Below are positions 48,661 through 64,000 of a DNA stretch of 64,000 bases, in pieces. A program made the translations under genes and the position numbers. The first letter of the stretch is position 1; every line of letters starts with the position of its first letter. The stretch comes from the human T2T-CHM13v2.0 reference genome, Homo sapiens. The stretch is taken from NCBI RefSeq assembly GCF_009914755.1, contig NC_060932.1, one strand, 5' to 3'. Under the pieces are notes generated by a model. It saw only the letters and a list, made by a program, of their open reading frames with translations, ran no database searches and was not told where the DNA came from.

Positions 48661-50411
48661 GCCTAGGCTTCTCTTCCATGCCCTTACCACTTTCTTTTTC
48701 CTGCTGCTTCTTCCTGCACACATCCCTTCCATCACCAAGAGACTATGCTCATGTCACTACCCAGCACCCCTGACCCAAGACAGAGAGAAAAGGGAAAGGG
48801 GAAAAGAAGCTACAGTCCTCAAGAGGAAACTGAAGAAATACCCAGAGTTGGAAAAAGCGATTTCACTGCCTGCCAGCATCAAGAATGCCAAGAGAAGAGA
48901 AGCTCAGCCAATTATAGTGAATGCATTTGGAAATTAAAGGCTGAGGCCAGGGCGGGGATTCCAGGCTTTGTGGAACCAGCTCCAGGCAGAGTCATTAGTG
49001 TTCTTGATGTGACATGTGAGTTAGATAAATACAGGCCTGTCTTCTCAATGCTCACCAGCCTCCACTAACTAGAGTTTCACACAGTAGCAAAGCACTTCAG
49101 TCATTTGCATTACTTAAAGATGTTAGAAAGCCCCCCAGTGATTTTCCTGGGCCTGGCAGGTAGCTAAAAAGCTTTGCTTTCATATTTTATTTTCCAAAAG
49201 AACCTGTTGTTTAATGGTTTAAGTGCTATTAAAAGAACATATAATGGCATCTTTAAATAATTTCAAGGCTGAAAGTTATTTAAAGCCTTTAATATTAATG
49301 TTTAAAAATTATTTTAAAAAATTATATTGAATCACCTAAAGAAATATTTTCCATTCTATGAAGAAAGTAAATTAACTTAGGGTCATACTGGGTATAGGAC
49401 ATTCTTTTTCATTTACTCATTTGTTATTTATTGAGCACCTACTATGGACAAAACACTTAATCAGGAATTGATCATTGACTTACTGCTTTTTTTGTTTCAA
49501 TTTTTGATTTTAAAACTGAAAACATTTTAGAAATCGAGGTAAGGTGAGGTGGCTCAAAGCTTGGTTAAGTCCCTGATGGCTGCTTGCAGTGGCTCAAAAT
49601 GTGAGTGGGAGGTTGTTGTTAGTCTGAACACCATCTGTATTAGTGCTTTCTTTTTTACCCTCAAAGTAGGAAGTTACAGATGATTAGGCTTGTATGGGCT
49701 AAAGAATTTTACAATATTGCTAAAGTAAGTCTTGAGCCAAATGAACCTCCATGTCAATTTTCTAACTTCCTTGTGTTAGGAGAGAATCTGGGATGGTCAA
49801 GAGGGATACGAGTTTGACTAGGGCTGGGGTAATTATAAATTGTCAACGTATTCCAATACTGCAGGGAACCTTCAGTTATATTACCGTCACCAAAATCATC
49901 TATTATTTCTCCTGGCTACTTTTTTCGATCCCCAGAAACTAAGGAAAAAAAAATGTAGACAGATTTGCCAAAGGCGGAAATCTATACCAGAATCTCCTTC
50001 TGAATTTCCAGTTGTTAAAGTCTGTGGTACTTTGTTATGGCGGCCCCAGCAAACTAACCCAGGTCTCTGTTCAGTAACTTACATTGCACCCAAACGCAGG
50101 CCCTAGGAGATCAACCTTAAATTAAAAAATAATTGTGACACTGGAGGTCAAGTCCCATCTTCCTTGTTAAGTGATTGACTAGAAACTGGCGTATCGATGA
50201 CAAGGCTGTGAAATGGAGTCTCAGAACGGTCTTTGTAAACTGTTGTAGTTTCTTACTTCTTCACAGCCTGTGATGATTCCTACCCCAGTTGTGTATATTC
50301 CTGTAATGGTGACTAGAACTATTCTAAACTTTCTGAGTGATGCCATTACTCAGTACAAAACCACCTCCCCAAAGTTTCCAGGTTGGGGAGGGACCCTCAA
50401 AACATAGAAAA

Positions 50412-50702
50412 TTTTTTTTTTTTTTGAGGAGTCTTGCTCTGTCACCCAGGCTGGAGTGCAGTGGCGTGAACTCGGCTCACTGCAACTCCATCTTCCAAGT
50501 TCAAGCGATTCTCATGTCTCAGCCTCCCGAGTAGCTGGGATTACAGCCACGCACCAACATGCCTGGCTAATTTTTGTATTTTTAGTAGAGACCGGGTTTC
50601 ACCATGTTGGCCAAGCTGATCTTAAACTTCTGACCTTAGCTAATCCACCCGCCTTAGCCTCCCAAAGTGCTGGGATTACAGGTGTGAGCCACCACGCCTG
50701 AT
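50412..50702 (-). mobile_element. AluS
   Basis: Reverse Alu; TSD aaaa(c/a)atagaaattt. Confidence 0.95.
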
Positions 50703-51699
50703 CAAAAAATAGAAATTTCATCACCAACGTTTACAGGTATTTACTTTATAGAATAACCAAAATGTTTTATGGTAGAATGAATCATTTCATAGAGGGGAAT
50801 TGATCACCTAGGGGCCAGACACATGAGGTCACATTATCTCCACTTTAAAAATCACTATAGCTATACATTATGTATTCTTGTACAGAGTAAATGACAATCT
50901 TTTGAAAATACTCCAGGCTACAGTACTAAAAGTCAATTAAAATGATCTCTACCTACTGGGCCCGTGGAATTTAATTGTCTCATATGTTATTATCTTGGGA
51001 CCAATGAAATGAATAATTCTAAATGACTGTTCTCCAGTGAAGAGGCAACTGATTTAAAACACTCATTTTTTAGACTTTATTCTCTGTGACATAAAGTGTG
51101 ATATTTTATTCTATATCAGTTCCACATGACCTATATTTAATGACAGGAAATAGAGACTTGTTAAACTAACCGGTATATTCTTTTCTACTGAATAGTAATT
51201 AATGAAGCATGTGAGTGGTTACTGAGCACCTATAGATATAATTGCCAAGCTGTTTCCTGTCAGGCATTCAGAGAATCAGATCAGGTCTTCAAAGCTACAA
51301 CAATGACTAAAATGTGTCCAGTAGGAACAATAGTTTTATGCACAGCTGCGATTCTGTTCTAGAAGCATAGATAAAATACCTTTCTGTAAAAAGCATATCA
51401 GTACGTTAATAAAGCTGTAGATATCCTTCTGGCAGGGCAGTCTCTGTGTGGACCAGGGATGTCACTGCCATTTGGCAACCCTTGGCTCAGCCCTCTAGAG
51501 AGACTGGGCCCTCACTATTAACTCACAGACCATCAGCCCACCCCAGGCCCTAGGCCCTCCCAAACCCCAAAACTCTGTGCCAGTTTTGACAGTACAACAA
51601 CCTGCTAAAAAGTTTGGGTAGTTGGAGTGGTCACTTACACGCATGCCTTTCAACCCCCAAATCTTAGGATTCGCAGCAAAGGGTAAGTCACTCCCTCCT

Positions 51700-54290
<2,591 letters not shown>

Positions 54291-54368
54291 TAAATAACCT
54301 AAATACAACTACCATTTGGTTCAGTTTAGTACCAATAAATTTTATAGCAAGTGAAAAGGAATGCTTAC

Positions 54369-54493
54369 TTGTACTGGATGTTGGCTTCCTGTAAGAAGGC
54401 TAACAGGGCTCGGGAACCATTTTGGGGGATATGGACATCAGTAACTGTTCCCTCTGATACATAGGAGATACTGCTGGGCTGCCACAGGTCCAC
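54369..54493 (-). CDS. CPA6: Carboxypeptidase A6 coding exon (exon 3, 125 nt, prodomain)
   Basis: Minus strand reads cctgcactacAG|GTGGAC...TACAA|GTaagc and translates [41 protein letters not shown](K). This is an M14A activation-peptide sequence with an NGS sequon; phase 0 in, phase 2 out. Confidence 0.97.
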
Positions 54494-54793
54494 CTGTAGT
54501 GCAGGAACCAACCTATAATTCATATCCAACGTAGGGGGGGAAAATCTGTGTCACAATGTCAAACACATTCTTTTGTTTGCATATAGTAACACCAAACATA
54601 TTTTGGAATTAGACTTAATGCTTGCATCATCAGGGTAAAACTATTTGATCTTGAATTTGAGTTTCCAAATTATATCATATCCATATAGAATTTGATCATA
54701 ATTTGCAAATAATAGTTTGAAGACCAATATATTAAAGCTACAAGGTAAAAATGAGATAAAATAGTTTTAGGTATAATTTTGATATGGTTTTAA

Positions 54794-55252
<459 letters not shown>

Positions 55253-55269
55253 CACCTAGATGGACCATT

Positions 55270-55670
55270 CTCTAGGTGCCTGCTCTTCCTCCAACACATG
55301 CCTTTCTCCAATTCCTACTCAGCCTTCACTTGTCAATATAAACATCCCTTTTCAAGGAAGACTTGGCTGCTAGGGTAGGTCTCCTTGTCATAGTTTTTAG
55401 AGCACCTGGTGCTTCTTTCTTGATGTAGCTTCCTCTTGCCAGAATGTAAGCTCCGGGAGGGCAAAGCGTTTGCCCATTTGGTTACCACCCATCCTGGAAC
55501 AGTGCCTTGTGTAAATTAGCCACTCAGTGTTTGTTGCAAGAGTGTAGACCTCCCCCTTTGTAGTAATTCACTACATGTTCAGTATTTTGCAGGAAAGCAG
55601 AAGCCACATCTGTTTCCTTACTATAGTGTCCCCAGTGCCTTAGCCAGTGCTCTGCACCTGGTAGGAGCTT
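55270..55670 (+). mobile_element. L2 3' fragments
   Basis: ccagaatgtaagctccgggagggcaaa; cccagtgccttagccagtgctctgcacctggtaggagct. Confidence 0.65.
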
Positions 55671-57729
55671 GGCCTTCATCAAAGGCACAATGGAACGCAG
55701 ATGGAAGGGACGAGAGCCCTATCTCTGCAGGAGTTTGGAGCATCATTTCTAATTAGGCACAGTTTGTCTTCACAGTCCTGCCTCTGTCTACCTCTGACTG
55801 CTCTGGGCCTCCCTCTTCCTGCATCTCCAGTCTTGGAGGATGCTGCAGGGCCTTGATCTCTGCTAAGCCCTTATCTGATAAGGTTTAGTAACTTTATCTT
55901 CACTTAAGTATCAGTGCCTGCATTCTGTTAGGAACTCTAGAAGACCAAAAATACTTTGTGACTCAGGAAAATAAACTTCTAATGATACAATTTAGCCTGG
56001 AACAGGGTAGAGAGGCTTTTATTTTGGGGACAAAGAGTCTACCTGTTTTCTTTCATGCAGCTGACTCCTCCACTCGCTTGCAAGGGCAAATCTGACTCAG
56101 CTAACATGCCAGTCCAACAATCAGCGCACAACGGAAGTGTGAGGCTGGAAGGGATGCTGAGAGGTCATTCAATCCATCTGTCAGCCCTTGGGCAAGGACA
56201 TATCTAGGACTGCACCAAACTCTCCCCAATAGGTGTGTCTAAACCACATCTTTTAGGTCTCCAAATAGAGGAGAGTCAACAATATCCTAAATGAACTCAT
56301 TCACATTTAACAAGATTGTCAGGCATTTTTCTTAATCCCTTCTATTGCAGCATAGTTTCTTTTTCTATTTTTTTATTTATTTTTATTTTTTTGGCGTTCT
56401 ATTCTTCAGTGAGGAATAGCTGGTTTCTTGCCTTTATAAGAAAAAGCATGTTGGTATCTTTCACTTTTCTTTATATATTAGATTTTCGAATCCTTTAGAA
56501 GATCAAATCTTTGGGACTTGCCTCTAAACCCATTACAGAGGCAGATTTTTTTATATTAAGGATAACAGTTTGCTGCCACCCCTTAATGCCAGTGGATATG
56601 AGGAAATTGTGCTGTATTCAGATAGAGAGGCACAGGTAGCTAAAATAATATGAATTACCACTCTGGAGATGAGTCTATAAGTGCTATTTTCTGGGGTACA
56701 TGCTGAAGTAAGAATCTTCATCCCACAGAAGAGAGCAGCTTCTCCACAGGAAAGTTCCATGAAATGGACCCTACAGCAAGGCTTGGAGAAAGCTTCCTGG
56801 GAAACTTTCTCACAAAGTGTGCTCAGAAATGTGCTCGGAAAGCTGTTGGCCTAAAGGACAACTGATAAAAAAGAATTTGCAAAATCAGGAATTCTATTTT
56901 GTTGTGATATTAGGAAAGTAAATGAAAATGAATTATTAGTTTTTCTCCAGTAATATTTTAAGGAAAGGGTATTTGAATAAGCAGCATGGATATTTCAGTC
57001 AGGGTGGTGGCAGGCAGGTGCCTATAGAAGACTTACGGGACAGTAATTACCATCTGAGATTTATAATGTTTCATCTACTTTATAGATATCTTTAATCTTT
57101 TCAATAACACTTTGAGGAGGAATTAATTGTAGATACATTTAATGAAGGAGAAGATTCAGGTTCATAGAGGCTAAGTCACTTTCCCAAGGTTGCACAGGTA
57201 CAAAATGGCCGATACAAGACATGCTTAACAGCAGTGTCCGTAATTTACTGACCCAGTTCATGTCTTCAGGATCTTCCGAGAATATGCCAGAAAAATAAGC
57301 ATCTTCCAACTTCCTGACCTAGTATTTGGGGAGGTCTGGTCAGTAGGTCTCACATTCTGGTCTTTCCTGTGGGGTTATTTGTCCCATAAATTCATATGCA
57401 GGTATTTCAAGGTTCTAATCAGCCCCCTGTGTGTAAGTTCCTATCAATAGTTTCCTTAGGGCCTGATCACATCTGGATGAGATAATTAGTAGTTCTGAAC
57501 TGCAAAGCTCTGTGATTCTGGGCTACAACATAACAAAAGTATCAAGAACCTTATCAGGATGGTCCAAGGCTGTTTGCCAACCATTCCAGGTATTTGCTGC
57601 AAGCAGCCATCTGATACTCCACAGGAAAGGATACCTCTTTGTAGAGCCTTCTGGCCTAGGAACCTGGTGACTATTCCCGTGTGTTCTTTTCCTCACATGA
57701 TTACTAGTCACATATATACAGACATATTT

Positions 57730-58420
57730 AAGAGGCCAAGGTATTTCAGTGTCTTGCTCAATCTGACAGCCATGGGCTGGAATCCTAGCTCTGGCAGCAT
57801 TGGCTATTTGACTTTGGGGAGGTTAACATTTTAACATTTCTGAGCCTCAGTATCCTCATGTGTACTGTGAAGATAATCTTAAAAACATACCCAGCAGGCT
57901 TTCTTGGAGGATTAATTGGAATCATAGAAGCAAAATAGCAGAGGGTCACATAGTAGGAGCTCAAAGGATAATCACTGTTTCTTATTATTGCTATTTGAAA
58001 AGCATATGAAAAGAAGGGCTGAGGTTCTTTTGAAAAGCTGAGGCTATTTGAAAAGCATATGAAAATAAGGACAGAGTTCAACTTCGTATGGTTAAGATGA
58101 AGAACATGGTGAGATTGTGTCCCCATTCAGAGAGATTAAAACCTAGAGATGGCTTTAAGGGTATGGGGGCAGGAAGCAATAAATAAACGAAAAATATAAA
58201 CAGTTGCAGGAAAGTTTCCTAGCACAAAGTCAAATGGCTGAATTAGAAGCCACTATAGTGGTGATGAATTCCATGGGCCCTGGAGTCTGACTCCCTACGA
58301 TCTGATCTAGGTTCCCATTTAGTCTCTGTGTGATTTTGGGAAGTTTCCTTAACTTTCTGGGCCTTGCTTTCTTCTTTGGTAAATTGAAGATGATAATTAT
58401 ATCTTCCTTATTGGTCAATA
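57730..58420 (+). mobile_element. Two MIR copies (about 57730-57990 and 58250-58420)
   Basis: MIR cores (ctgagcctcagtatcctcatgtgta; tgtgtgattttgggaagtttccttaactttctgggcc). Confidence 0.75.
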
Positions 58421-58437
58421 TTTAATAATGTTAGTAG

Positions 58438-59426
58438 TGATAGCGGCAGGAGACAGACAAATTCCTAGGCAGACAGGGACAGGTACCCGGTGAAACCCGA
58501 TCTTCATGCCAAACACAGCCTGAAGCCTGAAAACCAAGCTGTCAGTTCTGGGTGGAGTCCAAGAGCTGAGTGAGAACTTCCTTGATGCCTTTTAGCTAAT
58601 TAAATTAAATGGTGCTTTTTTCAGGCCCGCCCATGGACCAATCAGCATAATTGGTCCCCCATTCTGAGCCCATAAAAACACTGGACTCAGCGTCACAGAT
58701 GGCTACCCACTTTCAGGCCCCCTCTCACACAGTGGGCTACCCACTTCAGGTCCCCTCTGGTGTTTAGAGTTTCCTGTGGCTCAATAAAATTTTTCTCTGC
58801 CTTGCTCACTCTCCAGTGTCAGTGTACCTCATTCCTCTTAGTCATGGGACAAGAAGCTGGAACCCACCAAAGAACTGTAACACATGCTCCTGCTCACTGA
58901 GCTACAGGAGTGAGAAAAAACTGCTGGGTGTTAAATGCCCCCGTTCACCGAGTTGCAGGCGCAGGACTGAACAAGCTATGACATGCTGCCATTCTCTGAG
59001 CTGCGAGGCGGTGGGAATGAGTGAGCTGTGACACACTCCCATTCACCAAGCTACCAATGGCAAGAAAAAGAGAAAGCTGTAACACTTCTTGGGGGCTCAG
59101 ACCTTGGGACTCCCTGGGCGAGAGCTCTAACATCCCTGGGGCTTCACTGTTGCTGGCATCTCCCAGTTTTTGGGTGCCATTGCATTCCTCTCATCCAGAT
59201 GCTGGCGCCCAAGGTGGAAGCCAGTTGCAGCATGCCTGGTCCAGCCACAGGCTGTGGTGGATGCAGTGGGCAGGCGTGGGATCCAGGCTGGGGCACAAGC
59301 TGAGCACAACCTACTGGGCTGAGTGGGTGGAGTGGGCCTGGCGGCCTGAGTGAGACCTTGGGCAGAGGTCACAGTGGCTGCAGAGATTTCTGGCTGACAA
59401 AGTGGTACCGAAGGAATCCTATAATA
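58438..59426 (+). mobile_element. Complete ERV1 solo LTR (LTR28/LTR27/LTR1 group)
   Basis: Begins TGATAGCGGCAGGAGACAGACAAATTCCTAGG; CCAAT, TATA-like cccataaaa, AATAAA near 58783; 4-bp TSD GTAG at 58434-58437 and 59427-59430. Confidence 0.88.
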
Positions 59427-59479
59427 GTAGCAGTTATTTTTGTTACCATTATCATGGAGATTACAGTGATTATAGAAAA

Positions 59480-59690
59480 TGCAGTGATTAGGGTGTGAAT
59501 TCTATAGCCAGGCAGCCTGGGTTTGAATCCCAGCTCTGCCACTTGTAGGCTGTTTTACTGCAGGCAATCTACTTAGCTCTCTGCACTTCAGTTTCCTCAT
59601 TTATTAAATGGGACTATAAATAGCATATTTTAAATATATTTGTTAGGCTTAAATGAATACATACACACAAAGTACCTAAAATAATGCTGG
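59480..59690 (+). mobile_element. MIR
   Basis: cctgggtttgaatcccagctctgccactt...cagtttcctcat. Confidence 0.85.
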
Positions 59691-59691
59691 T

Positions 59692-60042
<351 letters not shown>

Positions 60043-60735
60043 TCAAAATTCAAAAAAAATTCTTTGCAATGAAAAGAAGTCATAATTCCGCTGAGCACCA
60101 ATGTCATGGCTCTTGGTTCTTGTGCTGTGCTTACTTATTGGCCTGGCCTACTTCTGAGAAGCACTTGCCTATCTTTTAGCCCAGGGCTAATTACACACCT
60201 GGTTCAGGTACCATGGGATGGGGCTCTCAGTGTCCTCCAGAAGCTTCAGTGTGAGTCCTATACACAGATGTGGGAAGATGTGTAAGGTGCTCTGTCAACT
60301 TGGTAACAGATGGCTGGCTTCCTAGCTGCCCAAAATAGCACAGAAGCACTTTCCTGCTCTATATTTATTCTCAGTTTTTGTTGGTTTGGAAAAGGGTTAG
60401 GCAGGGCACTTATGTGCCATGTCATAGGATTCTGAGTAAGAAAACTTGATATCAAGTTTGTCTTCGACTAGTGTTTAATTTAGACAATCATATCAATTCA
60501 ATATTAGTTTACACAAAATCTTAATATCCTGCAAAGTACCTTATTTACTCTTAAAATTCTTTTTGGGCTGCACCCATTTAGCTTTCTTGGATCTTCGTTT
60601 AGGATCTTTTGCTATGGATTCTTGGAGAGCTTCTCTACCCTCCAAGTTTAGGTCAAGGTATGTTTGTTGTCTGCTTTCATAGAATTTTTTTTCACAGTCC
60701 ATAACTTTTAATTATGTCTCATTTGCATCAGTAAT

Positions 60736-61157
60736 TGTTATGAGTTTCCTAGGGCCGTCATAACAAATTGCAAAAGCTGGGATGGTTTAAAACAATAGAA
60801 ATCTATTCTCTCACAGATTTAGAGTCCAGAAGTCCAAAATCAAGGTGTTGGCTAGGCTGTGCTTTCCCAGAGGCTCTAAGGGAGATTTCTTACTAGCTGT
60901 TTCTAGCTTCTGGTGGCTCTAGGCATTCCTTGGCATGTGGCCACATCACTCCAGTTTATGCCTCCATCTTCCCATGGTCTTCTCTTCTGTGTCTTCTCCT
61001 CTTCTGTCACTTGTCCAGGATGACCTCATCTCCAGATTCTTAAGTACATTTGAAAAAACTTTTTTTGTTTTTTTGCAAATCAGGTCACATTCACAGGTCT
61101 TGAATGTGGTTAGGACTCGGACATACCTTTTTTGAGGACACCATTCAACCTACTACA
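60736..61157 (-). mobile_element. MLT1B-like MaLR solo LTR
   Basis: gtttcctagggccgtcataacaaa...ccagaagtccaaaatcaaggtgttgg...caccattcaacctactACA. Confidence 0.88.
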
Positions 61158-62189
61158 ATTGTAATGTTAATATTTGTTTCCCCCATTCTCTGTGACAGTA
61201 GGGACTGATATATTTTCTTTAAATATATCCTCTCTCCAAGATTTCTCTAGAGCATTTCTAGATTCTGAATCCTATTTCCCCTTACCATGGAATTGACAAG
61301 GTAGTCCACTTGAATTTTGTCCACTCATCCCATTTCTCAACTTACATGTCCTTAATTTTGAAGTTTTATTACATTTAGGTATAATCCTAGACTATACTGC
61401 TTCATAGGTTACAGTACTATATTGTTTTCTGATGACTGTAACAGCCACCGTAGTCACACAGTTAAAGAAATGCTTACTTTTCACTGTATTATTTTTCCTT
61501 GCTCTACTTATGACTTGCCAACATTTCAAATATTGGTGGGCTGCTGACAGGGAAACTTGGCCAAAGATTATGGTCTTCTGTGAACCAAAGGTTCAGGTTA
61601 GGTTGTTGAAATTCTGGGACTAATTTTACATAGGCCCATCCTTTCTTTCCAACCACAGAAGTAATTTGCAATTTATCACTTTCCTAAAGCATAGTCCCAA
61701 TAATTCCAACAAAAGACCCTGGAAATTTAGGCAAACTAAAGCTCTAGTTGTTTTGTCATTAAAGAAAAATGAAAATATATCAACTAACAACTAATTAGGC
61801 GTTGAAATAATAATAAAAATTGGTGGGGGCCCAACAGTGAAATAAAATTAGACCAGTCCAAATGAAAGCATTGCTTAAGAATATAAATTTCAATATAATA
61901 GAAATTAATGCCACCAGCCTGAGTACTAGTTATAAGTCAAGCATTATTACTACAGCATTAGTAAAGGAAGAAGTTCTGGTAAAACTCTATTTTGGTGTCC
62001 AAGTTTTCCCCTTAATTCTCTTCAAGGCTGAATGCTGATTGCCATAATGGGATAGCATCTCTCATTTATCAAAACAAAGCGCATGTGTTGGAAAAGAAAA
62101 AGATTCTTAATATTTCCCTGAACTACCAATTGATACATCACCAACCTGAAATGATTGTTGAGGCCCATCAATCAAAGACTGTCAAGACA

Positions 62190-62468
62190 GGTCATTATCT
62201 TAAATGAAACATCTCAAACAGAAAGTTAAATATTGCATGTTCTCACTTATAATTGGGAGCTAAATAACGTGTACACAGAACATGAGTGTGAAATAATAGG
62301 CATTGGAGACCCGCAAAAGCAGAGGGGTGGTGGGGTGAGGCATGAGAAATTACTTAATGGGTACAATGCATATTATTTGGGTGATGGTAACACTGAAAGC
62401 CCAGATATCACCACAATGCAATATATCCATGTAACAAAACTGTAATTGTACACCTTAAATTTATGCAA
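62190..62468 (+). mobile_element. L1MA-like 3' fragment
   Basis: gcatgttctcacttataattgggagctaaa...aaagcccaga..tcaccacaatgcaatatatccatgtaacaaaactg. Confidence 0.9.
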
Positions 62469-62494
62469 CCCCCTTCCCCCTCGCCTCGCTCATT

Positions 62495-63027
62495 AGCTTG
62501 TTGCAACAAGTGGGAGCAACACAACATGGGAAACGACAGGCAATCTCAGTGAGAGAGACTTAGAAACGACTTATTATGGAATTTGGATTTGCTTTAGGAC
62601 ATTTGTGGAGGGTTTAAGGAACTGAGGTTTTTCTGTGGACTGAATGCTGTGAGGAAGGAGAGTAATTCTGTCATTTGATATTTTAATAATTTTATCTAGA
62701 AGGTGGGAGAAACAAAATGGGTCTAAAACTGTAATTGGTAAAGAAGCAGTGGTCACTGACATTAGCCAGAAAAGGGATAAGCTTGGTGATTTTTCTGAAA
62801 TAGACATGTTTTTTTTCTTTCATGGTCTGTGTTTAGACATGATCACAATGGTCTTGTTCTTATCTTATTTCATGGTGAACATAGGGTGGACCTGTCTAAT
62901 CTTGGTGTTCTGTGAAATGGTTTATGTTCAACAGAGGAACATTATAGTCTTGCTGTGGGAGCTGGGCTACCTCCTAGGAGTACCAAAGTTCAGATGTTAA
63001 TGCCAGGCTGGCTCTTCCTTTTTTCAG
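62495..63027 (-). mobile_element. Probable old ERV LTR (MER90/MER110-like; family and strand uncertain)
   Basis: aaaactgtaattggtaaagaagcagtggtcact.acattagccag resembles old ERV1-type LTRs, from memory only. Confidence 0.45.
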
Positions 63028-64000
63028 GGTAACCACCATTCTCCTGAGGTTGTGTGACAGTTAATGGTATCACAGAGGATGGGTGGGAACTCCCAGCACT
63101 ATCAGGCCAGGTGGTTGGGAGGTGATTTAGAGGCTATGAGAGGAAGATGCAGGCCTGTGCTGGTCCACCCAGGAGAAATTATGAACCCAGTGACTCCTGA
63201 CTTTGGCACCCTGCATTTTTCTGTAGCATCAACACACCACTACCCTTTTCATATAAAAGAGCCAATACCACCTTAGTTCCTGCCCTCTGAGTGAACATTA
63301 GATGACTTATAAGTACTAACGAAAGGTTTCTGACTCCTACGTTAGAGGTTTTGAGAACTTAGCAGCCCCCCAAGAAACCTATTAGATAAGGGAAAAAATA
63401 TTTCACTACGTTTTGCTAGCTTAAAATAATCCTCTACCTGAAATTCGAGTTAGCATTTTCAGCCTGGCTCCGAGGTAGAATGGATGGAAATAATCAGAGA
63501 TCACCTGGCATGACCCATTAAGAAGTACATTGGAAGACAAGAGCCCCTGGGCTGTATCTCACCAAGTAATAGAGATTTTCCTCTACTGTCTTTTGATGAC
63601 TTATAATTTTAACACTGATGACCTCTCCATGATATTTGATCACTACATTCAGAAGTATTCCATTTGGTGTTCTCAACAACAGTATGATATTGCATTTACA
63701 TTTAAAAATTCTGACCCTTTTCTGGGGTCTAATATTTGATGAAATGAAAACCTGAATTACTTTAGATTTTGTTATGCATTTCCTCTTTCAGATGTCGGCT
63801 TAAGAATTCTTCTGTGTATTAACCAAAAAAATCACATAAAGCTCATCTTTGGTTTAGTGAAAAAAGATTCCCAACTTGGGAAATGAAAGACATAGTTTCT
63901 TCCTGGTTCTATATAAATGTTGATATGTCACATCTCAGAGCCTTAATTTTCTTAATTACAAATAAAGGGGTTGAACTGAACTACCTGATTCCCATGTACT

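Overview
Primate (human-type) genomic DNA from inside the carboxypeptidase A6 gene, CPA6, on the minus strand. Six coding exons were found by hand at 54493-54369, 48101-47987, 46064-45963, 43334-43233, 21236-21126 and 20305-20215. All have AG/GT boundaries and compatible phases, and together they splice into one 646-nt open frame: VDLWQP...RNRR|SLSG...[10 protein letters not shown]...NVDGY...DRFWRKTR...GVDANRNW. By my recollection of the human gene these are exons 3-8 (about codons 65-280); the ORF track misses all but exon 4. The rest is intronic and repeat-rich: about 25 Alus, about 11 L1 fragments, L2/MIR, several solo LTRs, two Tigger elements and microsatellites. There are no prokaryotic-type systems, RNA genes or CRISPR arrays. 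The best leads are: (1) a candidate 300-nt cryptic exon in intron 8 with a near-perfect donor and an 82-codon frame in phase with exon 8; (2) an intron-8 read-through frame; (3) a possible antisense terminal exon using a Tigger-derived poly(A) signal; (4) two de novo hairpins inside one old L1; (5) a GATA/AP-1/ETS motif cluster upstream of exon 3; (6) a strong sense-orientation bias of the L1s. Repeat subfamily names are from memory of consensus sequences, and most repeat boundaries are approximate.
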